From NCBI GenBank assembly GCA_002245135.1, contig NGBS01000886.1, positions 62,001-126,000 of the forward strand: a stretch of 64,000 bases of DNA, written 5' to 3'. The position numbers were made by a program, and so were the translations under genes. The notes below the pieces were generated by a model, which saw nothing but the letters and a program-made list of their open reading frames with translations, was not told the DNA's origin and did no database searches. Positions 41,176-53,709 of the stretch are shown piece by piece (positions within the stretch are counted from its first letter, which is position 1; each line of letters begins with the position of its first letter). Source of the stretch: Proteromonas lacertae. Its lineage: Eukaryota.

Positions 41176-42664
41176 ATGAAACCTGAACCAGAAGTTTTAA
41201 AAACACAAAGAAGATGGTATCAAATACCCAAGAGATATGTAGTTTCATTTATGCTAACCTTAGGAGCAACTCTTGTATATTAATCAAAATTAATCATTAG
41301 GGGTATTTTGTAAGAGTAGCTATATCAGTTACAGCCATGCCAATGATGGAAGAATATGGATGGACTGGTATAATTGAAATATTCATTTTTTATAGAAATG
41401 CAAAAAGGTACTATTCTATCATCATTTTATTGGACTTATACTGCTTTTCAAATCCCCGGTGGAGCAATACCAACCAAATATGGAGGAGTATATCTTTTTT
41501 TAACACAACTTAAATATCAATTTCTTTAACAACACACTCCTGCATTGGGAACAGGTATTCTTGCTACAGCTTTTCTCTCATTTCTATTTCCAATATGTTC
41601 TGATTATCCTTGGCTTATGTATATTATTGTTAGTCAATCATATTAATAGAATGGCTTTAAGAATTGTAATGGGTGGATTTCAATGTATTATGTTGCCAAC
41701 GATGCATGCTATGTTAAGCCATTGGGTTCCTCCACAGGAATTTAGCTTTCATACTGCTTTTTGTTGGACAAGTACTGGAATTGGAACTGCTTTAGGAGAT
41801 TATTTTGCTGGTTTAATTCAAGATAAATATGGATGGCGAAGTGTATATTATGTATATGGTTTATTGTGTTTATTTTGGAGTATATTATGGTTTTCATTTA
41901 TCAGAAACAAGCCAGAAGAAGATGAAACTGTAAGTTATGATGAAATTCGAACCATTCAATCTCCAAGTGAAGTAATTTCTAATATGGATAAATTATCAGT
42001 TGATTCAATGAAACTTGATGAAGATAAGAGTAACAAACCCATTCCTTGGTTATCCTTCTTTACTAATAAAGCATCATTGGGATGTATAATGGGTATTTTT
42101 GCATATAATTGGGGTTATCATATGTTAGTAACATATATGCCAACTTATATGCAAAAGATGTTAAATATTGATACTTCCAAAGCAGCTTTTGTGACTATGT
42201 TCCCTTTTCTGTTTTTGGCTGTTGTTAATATAGTTGGTGGTTTATTTGCAGATTGGTTATTGGCAAAAGGAGTAAAGAGAATTTATCTTAGAAAAGTAAT
42301 ATTTATAGTAAGTTCACTTCTTTCTGGAGTTTGTTTAATGGCTTCTACTTACACTTTAAATATTTATGTTTGTGTAGTTTTAATGACATTATCTGTTGGT
42401 ATTTCTTCATTCTCTACAATAGGTGTTTCTCCGAATATAATGGAAATTTCTCCTTCATTTTGTGGAGTTTTGTTGGGAATATGTAATGGTATTGGAGGAA
42501 TAAGTGGAATTGTTAGTCCTATCATAACAGCTGCTATAATTGGAGATAATCCAACGCAGAAGGAGTGGCATTTGGTTTATATTATTCCATGTGTATTGTA
42601 CGTACTGTCTTGCGTAGTGTTTGGAATATGGGGAAGTGTTGAACCTCAACCTTCACTTAATTAA
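41176..42664 (+). CDS. MFS anion:cation symporter (SLC17/sialin-like), copy A
   Basis: 'IPKRYV', 'KGTILSSFYWTY', 'HAMLSHWVPPQE', 'GWRSVYY', 'IPWLSFFT', 'LVTYMPTYM', 'WGSVEPQ'; four 5' introns including one AT-AC. Confidence 0.9.
41490..41537 (+). other. AT-AC (U12-type) intron, 48 nt
   Basis: ATATCTTT donor, TTTCTTTAAC branch-like box, ..CAC acceptor. Removal restores KYGG-V-PALGTGIL; no AG acceptor is available. Confidence 0.85.
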
Positions 42665-42922
42665 TTCATTTTGTAAATATTATTAAATATTTTTCTATTA
42701 TTTCAAATTTTGTATTAACTGTACATAAATACTATTATTTTAACAAAAATAATCAAATTCTTCATATAATTAGAAATGAGTGATGATTTCGTTCATATAC
42801 ATCACAATTTTATATGTAACTAAAATAATCTCAAGAAAATAAGCTATGCACTTCCAAAATAATCTATCATTTCACCTCATATGTGAAAAAAACACAATTA
42901 TTTTGCTATTTTTGTTTTTTAA

Positions 42923-44481
42923 ATGAAGCCTGAACCAGAGATTTTTAAATCACAAAGAAAGTGGTATCAAATACCTAAGAGATATATTGTTACATTGATG
43001 CTAACATTAGGTGCAACTCTTGTATAATTGTCGCTTAATTGAATTAGGAATACTTTGTCAGAGTGTCTATTTCAATAACTATTTTACCGATGGGTGATGA
43101 ATTTGGATGGAATGGTATACATTAGATTGTTGTGATTCTAGAAATGACAAAGGGTACTATACAATCATCATTCTTTTGGAGTTATGCATTTATGCAATTT
43201 ATTACAGGTGCGTTTGCTACTAAATATGGAGGAGTATATCTTTTTTATAAGAAATTCAAAACAATTTCTTTAATATACAACTCCTGTATTTGGAATTGGC
43301 TTACTTGCAAGTTCTTTTCTATCATTTTTAACTCCATTATGCTCATATAATGTATCTGTTATGTATATTGTTTAATCATTTAATTGTTTTTTAGAATGGC
43401 ATCAAGAATAATTATGGGATTATTCCAAGCAACAATATTTCCAACAATGCATGCTATGTTAAGCCATTGGGTTCCTCCTCAGGAATTTAGCTTTCATACT
43501 GCTTTTTGTTGGACAAGTACTGGAATTGGAACTGCTTTAGGAGATTATTTTGCTGGTTTAATTCAAGATAAATATGGATGGCGAAGTGTATATTATGTAT
43601 ATGGTTTATTGTGTTTATTTTGGAGTATATTATGGTTTTCATTTATCAGAAACAAGCCAGAAGAAGATGAAACTGTAAGTTATGATGAAATTCGAACCAT
43701 TCAATCTCCAAGTGAAGTAATCTCTAATATGGATAAATTATCAGTAGAGTCTATGCGATTAGATGAAGATAAGAGTAACAAGCCCATTCCTTGGTTATCC
43801 TTCTTCACTAATAAAGCATCTTTAAGTTGTATTATAGGAATGACAGGTTATAACTGGGGATTTTTTACACTTGTTACTTACATGCCAACTTACATGCAAA
43901 AGATGTTGAATATAGAAACATCAGAAGCAGCATTTCTCACAATGTTTCCATACTTGTTTTTAGCATTTGTAAATGTAGTTGGCGGATTATTTGCAGATTG
44001 GTTATTGGCAAAAGGAGTTAAAAGAATTTACATCAGAAAATGTACTTTTATAATAAGTATATTACTCTGTGGAGTATGTTTAATGGGTTCTGTATATATA
44101 TATATTACTAATTATTCATATAGACATTCACTCTAAATAAATATTTGTGTGTGGCTTTAATCACTTTATCTGTTGGTATTGCTTCATTTGCAACTATTGG
44201 AATTTCACCAAATATAATGGAAATATCTCCTTCATTCTGTGGAGTATTGTTGGGAATATGTAATGGGACAGGTGCTGCTAGTGGTATGGTTAGTCCTATT
44301 ATCACAGCTGCAATAATTGGAGATAATCCTACTCAAACAGAAGTATATATTTTTGTTTTTATTATTATTTATTATTTTATAGTGGCATTTAGCATATATT
44401 CTACCATGTGTATTGTATGTACTGTCTGCAATAATGTTTGGACTTTGGGGAAGTGTTGAACCTCAAATAGCTCTTAATTAA
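42923..44481 (+). CDS. MFS anion:cation symporter (SLC17/sialin-like), copy B
   Basis: Paralogue of copy A with two extra introns, 44092-44123 and 44343-44382. Confidence 0.9.
43236..43281 (+). other. AT-AC (U12-type) intron, 46 nt
   Basis: ATATCTTT ... TTTCTTTAAT ... CAAC; removal restores KYGG-V-PVFGIGL. Confidence 0.85.
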
Positions 44482-44739
44482 TAAATATTTTAAAATGTTG
44501 TTAATCATTACTTCTTCTTTAATAAATATTGTATGAATATTGGATTATAATGATTGAAATCATTCCTTAAATCGCCAATAGTCATTTGAAACAAGATTCA
44601 TTGCATTATTGATTTTTTTATACATTTATCATGCCATTGAGTTGTTTCATGTTATAATATACTCTCTGCTTTATTAAACATAATAGTATATGAGAAAATG
44701 ACAAAAAAACACAATTATTTTGATTCTTTTGTTTTTTAA

Positions 44740-46224
44740 ATGAAACCTGAACCAGAGATTTTTAAATCACAAAGAAAGTGGTATCAGATACCTAAGAGAT
44801 ATATTGTTACTTTTATGCTAGCTAGTGGAGGTACTCTTGTATAATTGTCGCTTAATTGAATTAGGAATATTTTGTTAGAGTGGCTATGTCAATAACAGCA
44901 ATGCCTATGATGAAAGAATTTGGATGGAGTGGTATTATTAAATTGTTTATTTGTTAGAAATTCAAAAAGGAACACTTTTATCTTCGTTCTTTTGGAGTTA
45001 TGCATTTATGCAATTCTTAACTGGTGCGTTTGCTACTAAATATGGAGGAGTATATCTTTTTTATAAGAAATTCAAAACAGTTTCTTTAATATACAACTCC
45101 TGTGTTTGGAATTGGATTAATTGCTAGTAGTTTTCTATCGTTTTTAATTCCTATATGTTCATTTAATATCTCAGTATTGTATAGTTTCAATTTATTACTC
45201 TTAAATTAGAATTGCTTTGAGAGTTGTTTTAGGTTTGTTTCAGGCTACAATGCTTCCTACAGTTCACGCTATGTTAAGCCATTGGGTTCCTCCACAGGAA
45301 TTTAGTTTTCATACTGCTTTTTGTTGGACAAGTACTGGAATTGGAACTGCTTTAGGAGATTATTTTGCTGGTTTAATTCAAGATAAATATGGATGGCGAA
45401 GTGTATATTATGTATATGGTTTATTGTGTTTATTTTGGAGTATATTATGGTTTTCATTTATCAGAAACAAGCCAGAAGAAGATGAAACTGTAAGTTATGA
45501 TGAAATTCGAACCATTCAATCTCCAAGTGAAGTAATTTCTAATATGGATAAATTATCAGTTGATTCAATGAAACTTGATGAAGATAAGAGTAACAAACCC
45601 ATTCCTTGGTTATCCTTCTTTACTAATAAAGCATCATTGGGATGTTTAGTTGGATTATTTGCATATAATTGGGGTTTTGCTACTCTTGTAACTTACATGC
45701 CAACTTACATGCAAAAGATGTTAAATATTGATACTTCTAAAGCAGCATTTCTCACAATGTTTCCTTTTCTGTTTTTGGCATTTGTAAATGTAGTTGGTGG
45801 ATTATTTGCAGATTGGTTATTATCAAAAGGAGTAAAGCGATTATATTTACGTAAAACTCTATTTATTGTTGGCTCATTATTAGCAGGAGTATGTTTAATG
45901 AGTTCTACATTTACTATAAATTTATATATGTGTGTTATATTAATGACATTGTCAGTTGGGCTTGCTGCATTTTCAACAATTGGTGTTTCTCCTAATTTAA
46001 TGGAAATTACACCATCTTTCTGTGGAGTTTTACTTGGAATCTGTAATGGCACAGGTGCTGCTAGTGGAATAGTAACACCAATTATAACGGCTGCTATAAT
46101 TGGAGATAATCCAACTCCCAAAGAATGGCATTATGTTTATATAATTCCATGTGTATTATATGTATTATCTTCAATAATATTTGGAATGTGTGGAAGTGTT
46201 GAACCACAAATAGAACTTAATTAA
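44740..46224 (+). CDS. MFS anion:cation symporter (SLC17/sialin-like), copy C
   Basis: Paralogue of copies A and B with the same four 5' introns. Confidence 0.9.
45052..45097 (+). other. AT-AC (U12-type) intron, 46 nt
   Basis: ATATCTTT ... TTTCTTTAAT ... CAAC; removal restores KYGG-V-PVFGIGL. Confidence 0.85.
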
Positions 46225-46294
46225 TAGTATATGAATTTTTATTTTTTTATTTTTAATAAAACTATCCACAAAAAATAATTCATTATTAAATACA

Positions 46295-48313
46295 TTAAAA
46301 CAAAAAACTTTTACTTCTATTGTAAACTAACAAAAATGTAGCAGGAGGAACTGACTCAACAACAGCAAATTTTCCTTCTACAAAATTATTAAACTGACCA
46401 TCATACCTAATATATTCAACACGCTTTATAAATTTACACAATTTTATACCAAATGGAGTTACAGCTTTTATGAAATAAAGATCAAAAGTAGTTAAAGAAT
46501 CAACATAATATGGAACATGTTGTACAACCATTTGTAAATATTTTTTAGACAATATTTGAAATGCACCACCAATATATTCAACTCCTAAGAAACCTCTATC
46601 ACCAGTTACATCACAATCTGTATTACTTAAATATTTTACTATATTATTAGGAGAAAATAAGATATTGGGATGTAATTGTATAACATGTTCTAAGTTTGTA
46701 TAATAATTCAATAAATATTCATATAACAATCTCAACCTAGTAGTTTTAGTTTCACCAACATGAGTTATATTCCATACAAATATATCATTATTCTCATTCA
46801 ATTCACTATATAAGAATTCTACTGGATAACTATCTCCATTTTCATCTATAAATGGAACACCAACTACAAACATATAACTAACAGTTTTATTATTAATTGT
46901 CTTTAAATCACCATATGTTTTCCTATATATTGTTCTAAATACAAAATCATAAGGTTCAGTGAGAATAACAATTAATATACTACAATTACTCAGATTTGGT
47001 GAAAATAATATTAAATTCGTATAATTCTTTGCATTAGAATATACACGTTGTAAAGGCTTAGTATTTATTCCAGTTTCATATTCATTGAAATCAGTATCTT
47101 TACAAAATGATTTACTATTTTGTATACAATCATTTATATAATTAATATGTATTTTCACTAACTTTTCATATCTCTTTTTCACTTCATTAAAATTAGTCTT
47201 TGGAATGTGTGTCTTTTTGATCCAATAGACATTCTTAAAATTCTCAAGTAATGATAAATCACTTATAAAGAAGGAAGCTAAACTAAATGTACTTCGACTA
47301 GTTAATATTAATTCATTAGCCATTCCTAATATCGTCATATCAGTTATTGCATCAACATCACTATGAATAGAATAAGCACCACGTGTATGAGTTTTTTCAC
47401 CTCCATCAATAATAACTTCATAAGGAGAACCTTCCTGCTTTACAATTGTGTCTAAAAAAGTACTATCTGATGTAAAATACCAAACAACGTTATTATGATT
47501 TTTTGATAAATTCTTGGCTTTTTCTATAAATGTATATTCTTGTCCCGGTACCAAAAACCTTTCAGTATCAATAAAATCTCCAAATCCTGACCTCATATGC
47601 ATTCCAATTAAATATTTACCTTTTACACTTTCTTTAAGCTGATTTATTTTTGTTTGATAACGTGGTTTTAATCTAAACATTTTAGTGTAGAATTTATGAG
47701 AAATTTGATTTCCCATCATTCGATTACTTCCTATTCTATCTATTAAACCTAATTCTAATACTCTTTGGTTATTCTTGAAATATTTTACCACATATTCTGT
47801 CCAACAAAATTGAGTTTCAACAACCAAAATTTTATGAGGTGATTTTAATACTTGTTCTATTTTCCACATTGAATGTATGCCATACATTAATATTGCATCA
47901 TTAGCTGTTGATCTGTTGACTATTATATTAAATCAAAATCATAATATACATTCAACTACAATATTTGGAATAGGAAAATCAAAGATCTTATAAAATCTAG
48001 TCCATTGTGTCACTATGATAATATGATAAAATATACTATAAAACACTTTCCATTGCAAAAGAGCAATAGTAAATATAGTTGCTATAGAGATTAAACGATT
48101 ATTCAACCCTCCTACCATTAAAGGATGATACACTAACACTTTCTTGTCATCATGATTTATATTGTGACTTGCATGAAACAGTTTGTATTTTTCTAGAGTT
48201 TTTTCGAAGGGTGTTAAATTTTTAGGTTTCTCTTCAAAATTATATGTCGTATATAATAACAAGGCTAGATTAAGTGCAATAATAACTATTATCAATGGTA
48301 GTATCCATCTCAT
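46295..48313 (-). CDS. Type II membrane glycosyltransferase fusion: fucosyltransferase-like (GT23/GT37/NodZ-type motifs) + GT31 galactosyltransferase-like domain
   Basis: N-terminal TM anchor; 'GGLNNRL', 'IGMHMRSG', 'YFTSDS', 'DMTIL...LILTSRSTFS'; then 'FRTIYRKTYG..YMFVVG..ELNENNDI..YIGGAFQILS'. Confidence 0.7.
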
Positions 48314-48466
48314 TATTGATTTTTAAAAAGAAAAATGTGAAGCAAAGCTTGAGGTTTGTAAATGAATAAAAATTAAAATAGAGGTTGTATGATGTTTTGC
48401 TTCATTTTATTATGATAATACAACAGATTAAAGTACTAAACAATGAGGAAGAACATTACTTACTTA

Positions 48467-50253
48467 CTATTTATTAACAAATTTAAATAACACTTTACCC
48501 ATTTCCTCTTTTTCAGAAACTTTTGGTAAAATAAATATAAAAAACGAATTGATATTTGATTCAATTCCATCCAAACTATCTAAAAACTTTACAATATCAT
48601 TTTTATTATTGTCTTTATTCTCATTTTCATAATAACAAATCATTAAATCATGATAATCACTTTTCTTCTTTAAATTCTTAATTATCCTTTGATTAATATC
48701 ATTATTATTGTTTCTAGCAACAGATACATCACATAATAACAATCGTTTTGAATGAATATTCATTATATTAATAGGTAATATGAAATACGATTTTTTATCA
48801 TGTTCTTTTAAGATTGAACAAATTGGTTTTCCATTATATCCTTTTACTGAATTATTCAATATATTATACTTTTTCCCCTATATAATTACAATATAATAAT
48901 ATATATATATAATATATACATATTTTACTTTTAGTTTTACTAGTCTAATACATGATAATGCATCTTCAACTGAATTATGACCATCACAATGATTATCACT
49001 ATTATTTTGAATATCAATATCAAAATATAACTTTGTCAAATATTTCAAAGATAATTTCATATTATTATTATTATTATTTAGTTGATACAATATTGCAGTA
49101 TCAATTATTCGATTATGGCATATTCTCAATACTCTCAAATCATTATCCAATGAATGACCAATCAAAATCGTTTTATCATTCCATAATTCTAATAACTTCA
49201 TTCTCATTTCATAGAAATTCGTTTTACATTTTGTGTTTATAATTTCTTCAGTTATTCCACTATAACATGTTAAATAATCAATAACAGGATGTTGTGGATG
49301 AATATATTCATCATAAACTATATTATCATTATTTACAGCATCAATTATTGATAATCGAGCCACTTCCAAGCCTTTTGTTGTCATTACCATTTCACAATCT
49401 AAACTATATATATCTACAGCTGTATTATTATCATCTTTAGTTTTATTTGGTATTAATTTGATATAATTCTTAATACATTTACAGTTTATATCTTCACAAT
49501 GAAATGTCGATATATGATAGTAGGAAGTTCCATAGATAGCTAATTCTGATATTGATGGATTTGTTTCATCTAAATAATAGATTAATGGCTCATTTATATT
49601 ATTATTATTATTATTATTTATATCTGAAGTTGATGTAGTTGTTTTTGAATATTCTTTATATTTCCTTTTATGTGGTTTTATATTTTCTTCTTCCTCTTCT
49701 TCTTTTATATATGGTATTACATATCCGTTGGATAATAATTCATCTTCAGTTAGTAATAAGTCTTCTACATCACATGGTTCAGGTTTATATTCGATTTGTT
49801 TTTCATTGAATCGATAGAATAAAAGATTCAACCAGTCAGTTTGTGGATATGTTGTTTGTAAATTACATAATGGGAGTAATGATATTGATTCTGGAAGATC
49901 AGCTATTTAGAATAAAGAAAATTGATGAAATACTTTCATAGAAATTATCAGGGAAAATTAATATTGTTATATTATTTATTTGAAGTTTATTATCTATAAA
50001 ACACCATTTTGGCACTGTAGTTTCACCTATTAAGTAAATCCACCTCACAAGATGATTTATATTCTAAATATATAATTATAGTAATTAATACACCTAATCT
50101 AAGCGGTTTAGATTTAAATTCATCCATTATATGCATTTGCGGGGAATATAATATTTGTGATGTGATTTCTGTAATATTTTTACTAGTTTCTTCTTGTATA
50201 TCAGTGGAATCATCTATATCTATTTCAGATGGATCTAAATCAACCGACAACAT
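48467..50253 (-). CDS. DEDDh 3'-5' RNA exonuclease (REX1/REXO1/REXO5-like)
   Basis: 'YSLDCEMVMT', 'DYLTCYSGIT', 'ILIGHSLDNDLRVL', 'IIDTA', 'GHNSVEDA'. Confidence 0.88.
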
Positions 50254-50381
50254 GAGAAAATGAGAAATTAAATTAAATGAGGTTTGAAGAATCAAATCTT
50301 TTTTTTTATAATTCAAAATTTTGAAGTGAATAAGATCTATTAGTTAATAAAATTATCAATTTATAATATTGTCATACATTC

Positions 50382-51932
50382 ATGAATTTACAAACAGGAA
50401 CAGCACAGAGAAGACAGTCATATCCACAAATTACATTTAGAACAGCATTTAGAAATGTTATCTATGATGTATTTCTAAGTAGAGGATGGAAGCAAGTACA
50501 ATCAGAATTGGATTGGGATATTCTATGGGTATTTTATTGTTTTTTCTTTCTTTCTATGATTCTAATAGTGTGAAAGAGATTGGATGCAAGACACATTTGA
50601 TAAAGTCACATTAAACCCATGGCAAAGAGTAAATCACTTTCGTAATTCCAGAGAATTATGTAGAAAAGATCTATTGCATGCCAATGTAAAAGCAATGAAA
50701 CGTCGACTAGAAGCAGAAAAGAAATTCGATGAAATAGAAAAATATAATTTCACTCCAATTGGATTTGAATTGCCAAGAGAGTTTAATATGTTAGTGGAGG
50801 AGTTTAAGAGAGATCCAGGAGTACCATGGATAATGAAACCAGTAGGAGAATCACAAGGTCATGGAATATTCTTATTTGATAAACTACAAGATATACAAAA
50901 ATGGAATTCTGAAACAAAAGTATTTTTATATTATTGTTGTTGTTATTTTTAATAGAAATATAGAATAGGAATGACTTGGTTAGCACAAAAATACATCACT
51001 AATCCCTATCTAGTAGGTGGTAAAAAATTCGATATTCGATTATATGTATTAGTTTCAAGTTATTTGCCATTAACAATATATGTAAATCGAACAGGATTTT
51101 GTCGATTTACAAATAGTCCTTATGATATATCCAATATGAACGACAAGACAATTCATTTAACCAATGTTGCAGTACAGATTCATGCTGAAGATTATGATAG
51201 TGATACTGGTGGTAAATGGATGGTTAGAGATTTAAGGAAATATATTGAAGCAAAACATGGAAAAGATAAAAGTGATGAGTTATTCAGTAAGATTCAACAG
51301 ATATTTATTAATTCAATAACGTGTGTGAAACATGTAATGAGATATGATAAACATTGTTTTGAATTGTATGGATATGATATAATGATTGATGATAATTTAA
51401 AACCTTGGTTGATAGAAGTAAATGCAGCACCATCATTATATGCAAATACACTGGAAGATAAGAAATTGAAGTTCACAATGTTGAATGATATGTTGGATAT
51501 AATTGATTTAGAGAATAAACGATTTCATAATGAAGATAATAATAATAATAATAATGTAAATGAAGAATTAATTCATAATGGTACATTTGATTTAGTGTAT
51601 AAAGATGGTTATATTAATCCAGATCCTGAAACTGGATTACCAAAGTGTATGGTTGGTTGTAGGGAATTGAATAATGGTGAAAGGAATAGATATTATAAAC
51701 ATCCAATACTTAAAGCAAATTAATAAATCAATATTCGAAGTTGAAAGAGAGAAAAAAGAGAAATTAGCAGAATCTGTTAAACCGAAAACTCCTCCACCAC
51801 TTCCTCCTCATTCATCTGCATCGTGTACATCTGCAGATGTCAAAGAAGAAAAGAATTAAAAAGAAAAGAGCAAGTTCAGTAATATCAAGATCAAAATCTA
51901 TTTCCAATATTTCCCCTATTATTACCAAATGA
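50382..51932 (+). CDS. TTLL9: Tubulin polyglutamylase TTLL9/TTLL1-like
   Basis: 'VNHFRNSRELCRKDLL', 'WIMKP..SQGHGIFL', 'QKYITNPYL..KKFDIRLYVLV', 'HLTNVAVQ', 'FELYGYD', 'WLIEVNAAPS'. The tail probably continues past 51723 through two +1 indels. Confidence 0.88.
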
Positions 51933-52007
51933 ATAGCATATATATATTAGTATAATAATAACAGTATAATAATAATAATAATAATAATTAATATTAATAT
52001 AAATTTA

Positions 52008-53545
52008 TTACTGTGCAATTGGTAGTTTTCTTTGATTATCACATGCATAACCATAATAACCTAGGGAAACACTCACAGAATCCAGTTGTTCTATCACATA
52101 TACCTCTTCCAGAACAGGTATCTGCTACTGTTCTTGGCTTATCTAGCAATAGTTGTTGAAGTAATTGGAATTGTTGTTGGAGAATATTTTGCATTAGCAG
52201 CTGCAGAATCATATTTTAGTGTTTTCATATTCTTCTCAATTGTCATTATTTGCATTTTCAGCAGCTTTTCTATCAGCATATTCCATTTGAATTGTAACAA
52301 TATATCCGAAATAGTAATATTTAGTAGATCATCTATTGATAATCTCCATTTTGAAATTTTGATGGTTTTACTTCACAATATACTTCACCATCTTCTTAGT
52401 AGGTTCTTTAGTTCAAATCTAATGTATTATCATCAGGACATGAGTTAGTAATAGCTTTTACACTATATCTTCTCATCATGCTAGTTCATGCACATTGTAC
52501 AGTTACATTAACTTGCTGATAGTGGTGGTATTCTTCTTAATTGCTCTTTTAATCTCTTCTTGATATTGACTAGAATCAGTTGGTTCAAGAGTAATGCTTC
52601 TTTGATATTGACTTATCTTCATCTGAATCAGCTGCAGTTTTATAATTCCCATTAAGTATTTGGACATAGTTCCTGGTCTTCCATTTATTACTGGAGATGT
52701 GTAAGTAATTCCATTTGATGTATATTTAATAACGAAATCCTCAACATAATATGGTAGAGAATCAGATTTTACATCTTAGCATTACTAAATCCGTTATGTA
52801 CAATCCATATTCTTTTTAACTGTATTATATACACATAATTCATTATCAGCATTTACAGTAATCACTAACATCTCTTGATTCAATAAAGAATTTATAAGTA
52901 ACAGGTTTTTCATACTGTGTAATTGGATCTAATCCTTTAGGACATACTCTCTCACTACAATCAATACCATCCCAATTTGGATCACACACACATTTATAAA
53001 ACTTCTCTGTTTCCCAACTCAAATATTGCACTTGTTGTCTTTGATTTACATATTGTTTAATACTAATACATTGACCATGACCACTGCAGGCTTCTCCATT
53101 GTTAGATGGACAGAATCTTCTTTGACAAGGCACTTCCTTCATATCCCTTCGAAACACTCACAATCACCTGTTACTCTATTACATAAACCAGCATTGGAAC
53201 ATTCAGCATAACGATGAATTCTTCCTGTTGTAGCTATTGTATTTTCTAAGGTTTCTTCTTTTCCTACAATTGGATTCCATTCAGTTTTGACATATTCTGA
53301 AACTGTCTTTCCATTATGGTTGATATCACCTAAGATTGTGTCAACAAATGCTTCACCATATGGACATGATCCTATAAAAATGTGATAGAATCAATTGTAA
53401 TACTTAGAGAACAATCAGAACCTCCCCAACCAGGATAACAGTCACATCTATCTTTTGAACCACAAGTACCGTGACCATTGCAGAAATTATTACAGCCTAA
53501 CACTATAATCAAACACACAGAAAGAATAACTAAGGCCTTCTTCAT
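52008..53545 (-). CDS. Stramenopile tubular mastigoneme protein (Mas/Ocm1/Sig1 family), multiply frameshifted as assembled
   Basis: Signal peptide; 'FCNGHGTC..CDCYPGWGGSDCSL|SCPYGEAFVDTILGD', 'HRYAECSNAGLCNRVTGDCECFEGYEGSACQR', 'CSGHGQC..YLSWETEK..CVCDPNWDGIDCSERVCPKGLDP'; terminal 'CSGRGICDRTTGFCECF.GYYGYAC'. Confidence 0.8.
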
Positions 53546-53709
53546 AAAAAGAAATGTTACGTTGTTAATACAAATACAACAAAGTGTATTTTTAAAGTAT
53601 TTTGATGTATTTCTTTATTTTAATCTCTACAATCACTATTATGGTTTTAAAATAATCAAAAATAGAATATTTAAATAATAATAATATGAAAATAAAATAA
53701 AATGTGTAT

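Noticed and set aside
41488..41556. GT-AG reading of the third SLC17 intron (GTATATC.. to a downstream AG)
   Set aside because: The nearest AG would delete conserved TM residues and is not conserved across the three copies. Only AT..AC works in all three.
4305..51990. (AAT)n, (ACA)n and (GAT)n runs as special elements
   Set aside because: These are ordinary poly-Asn/Thr/Asp slippage repeats typical of AT-rich protists.
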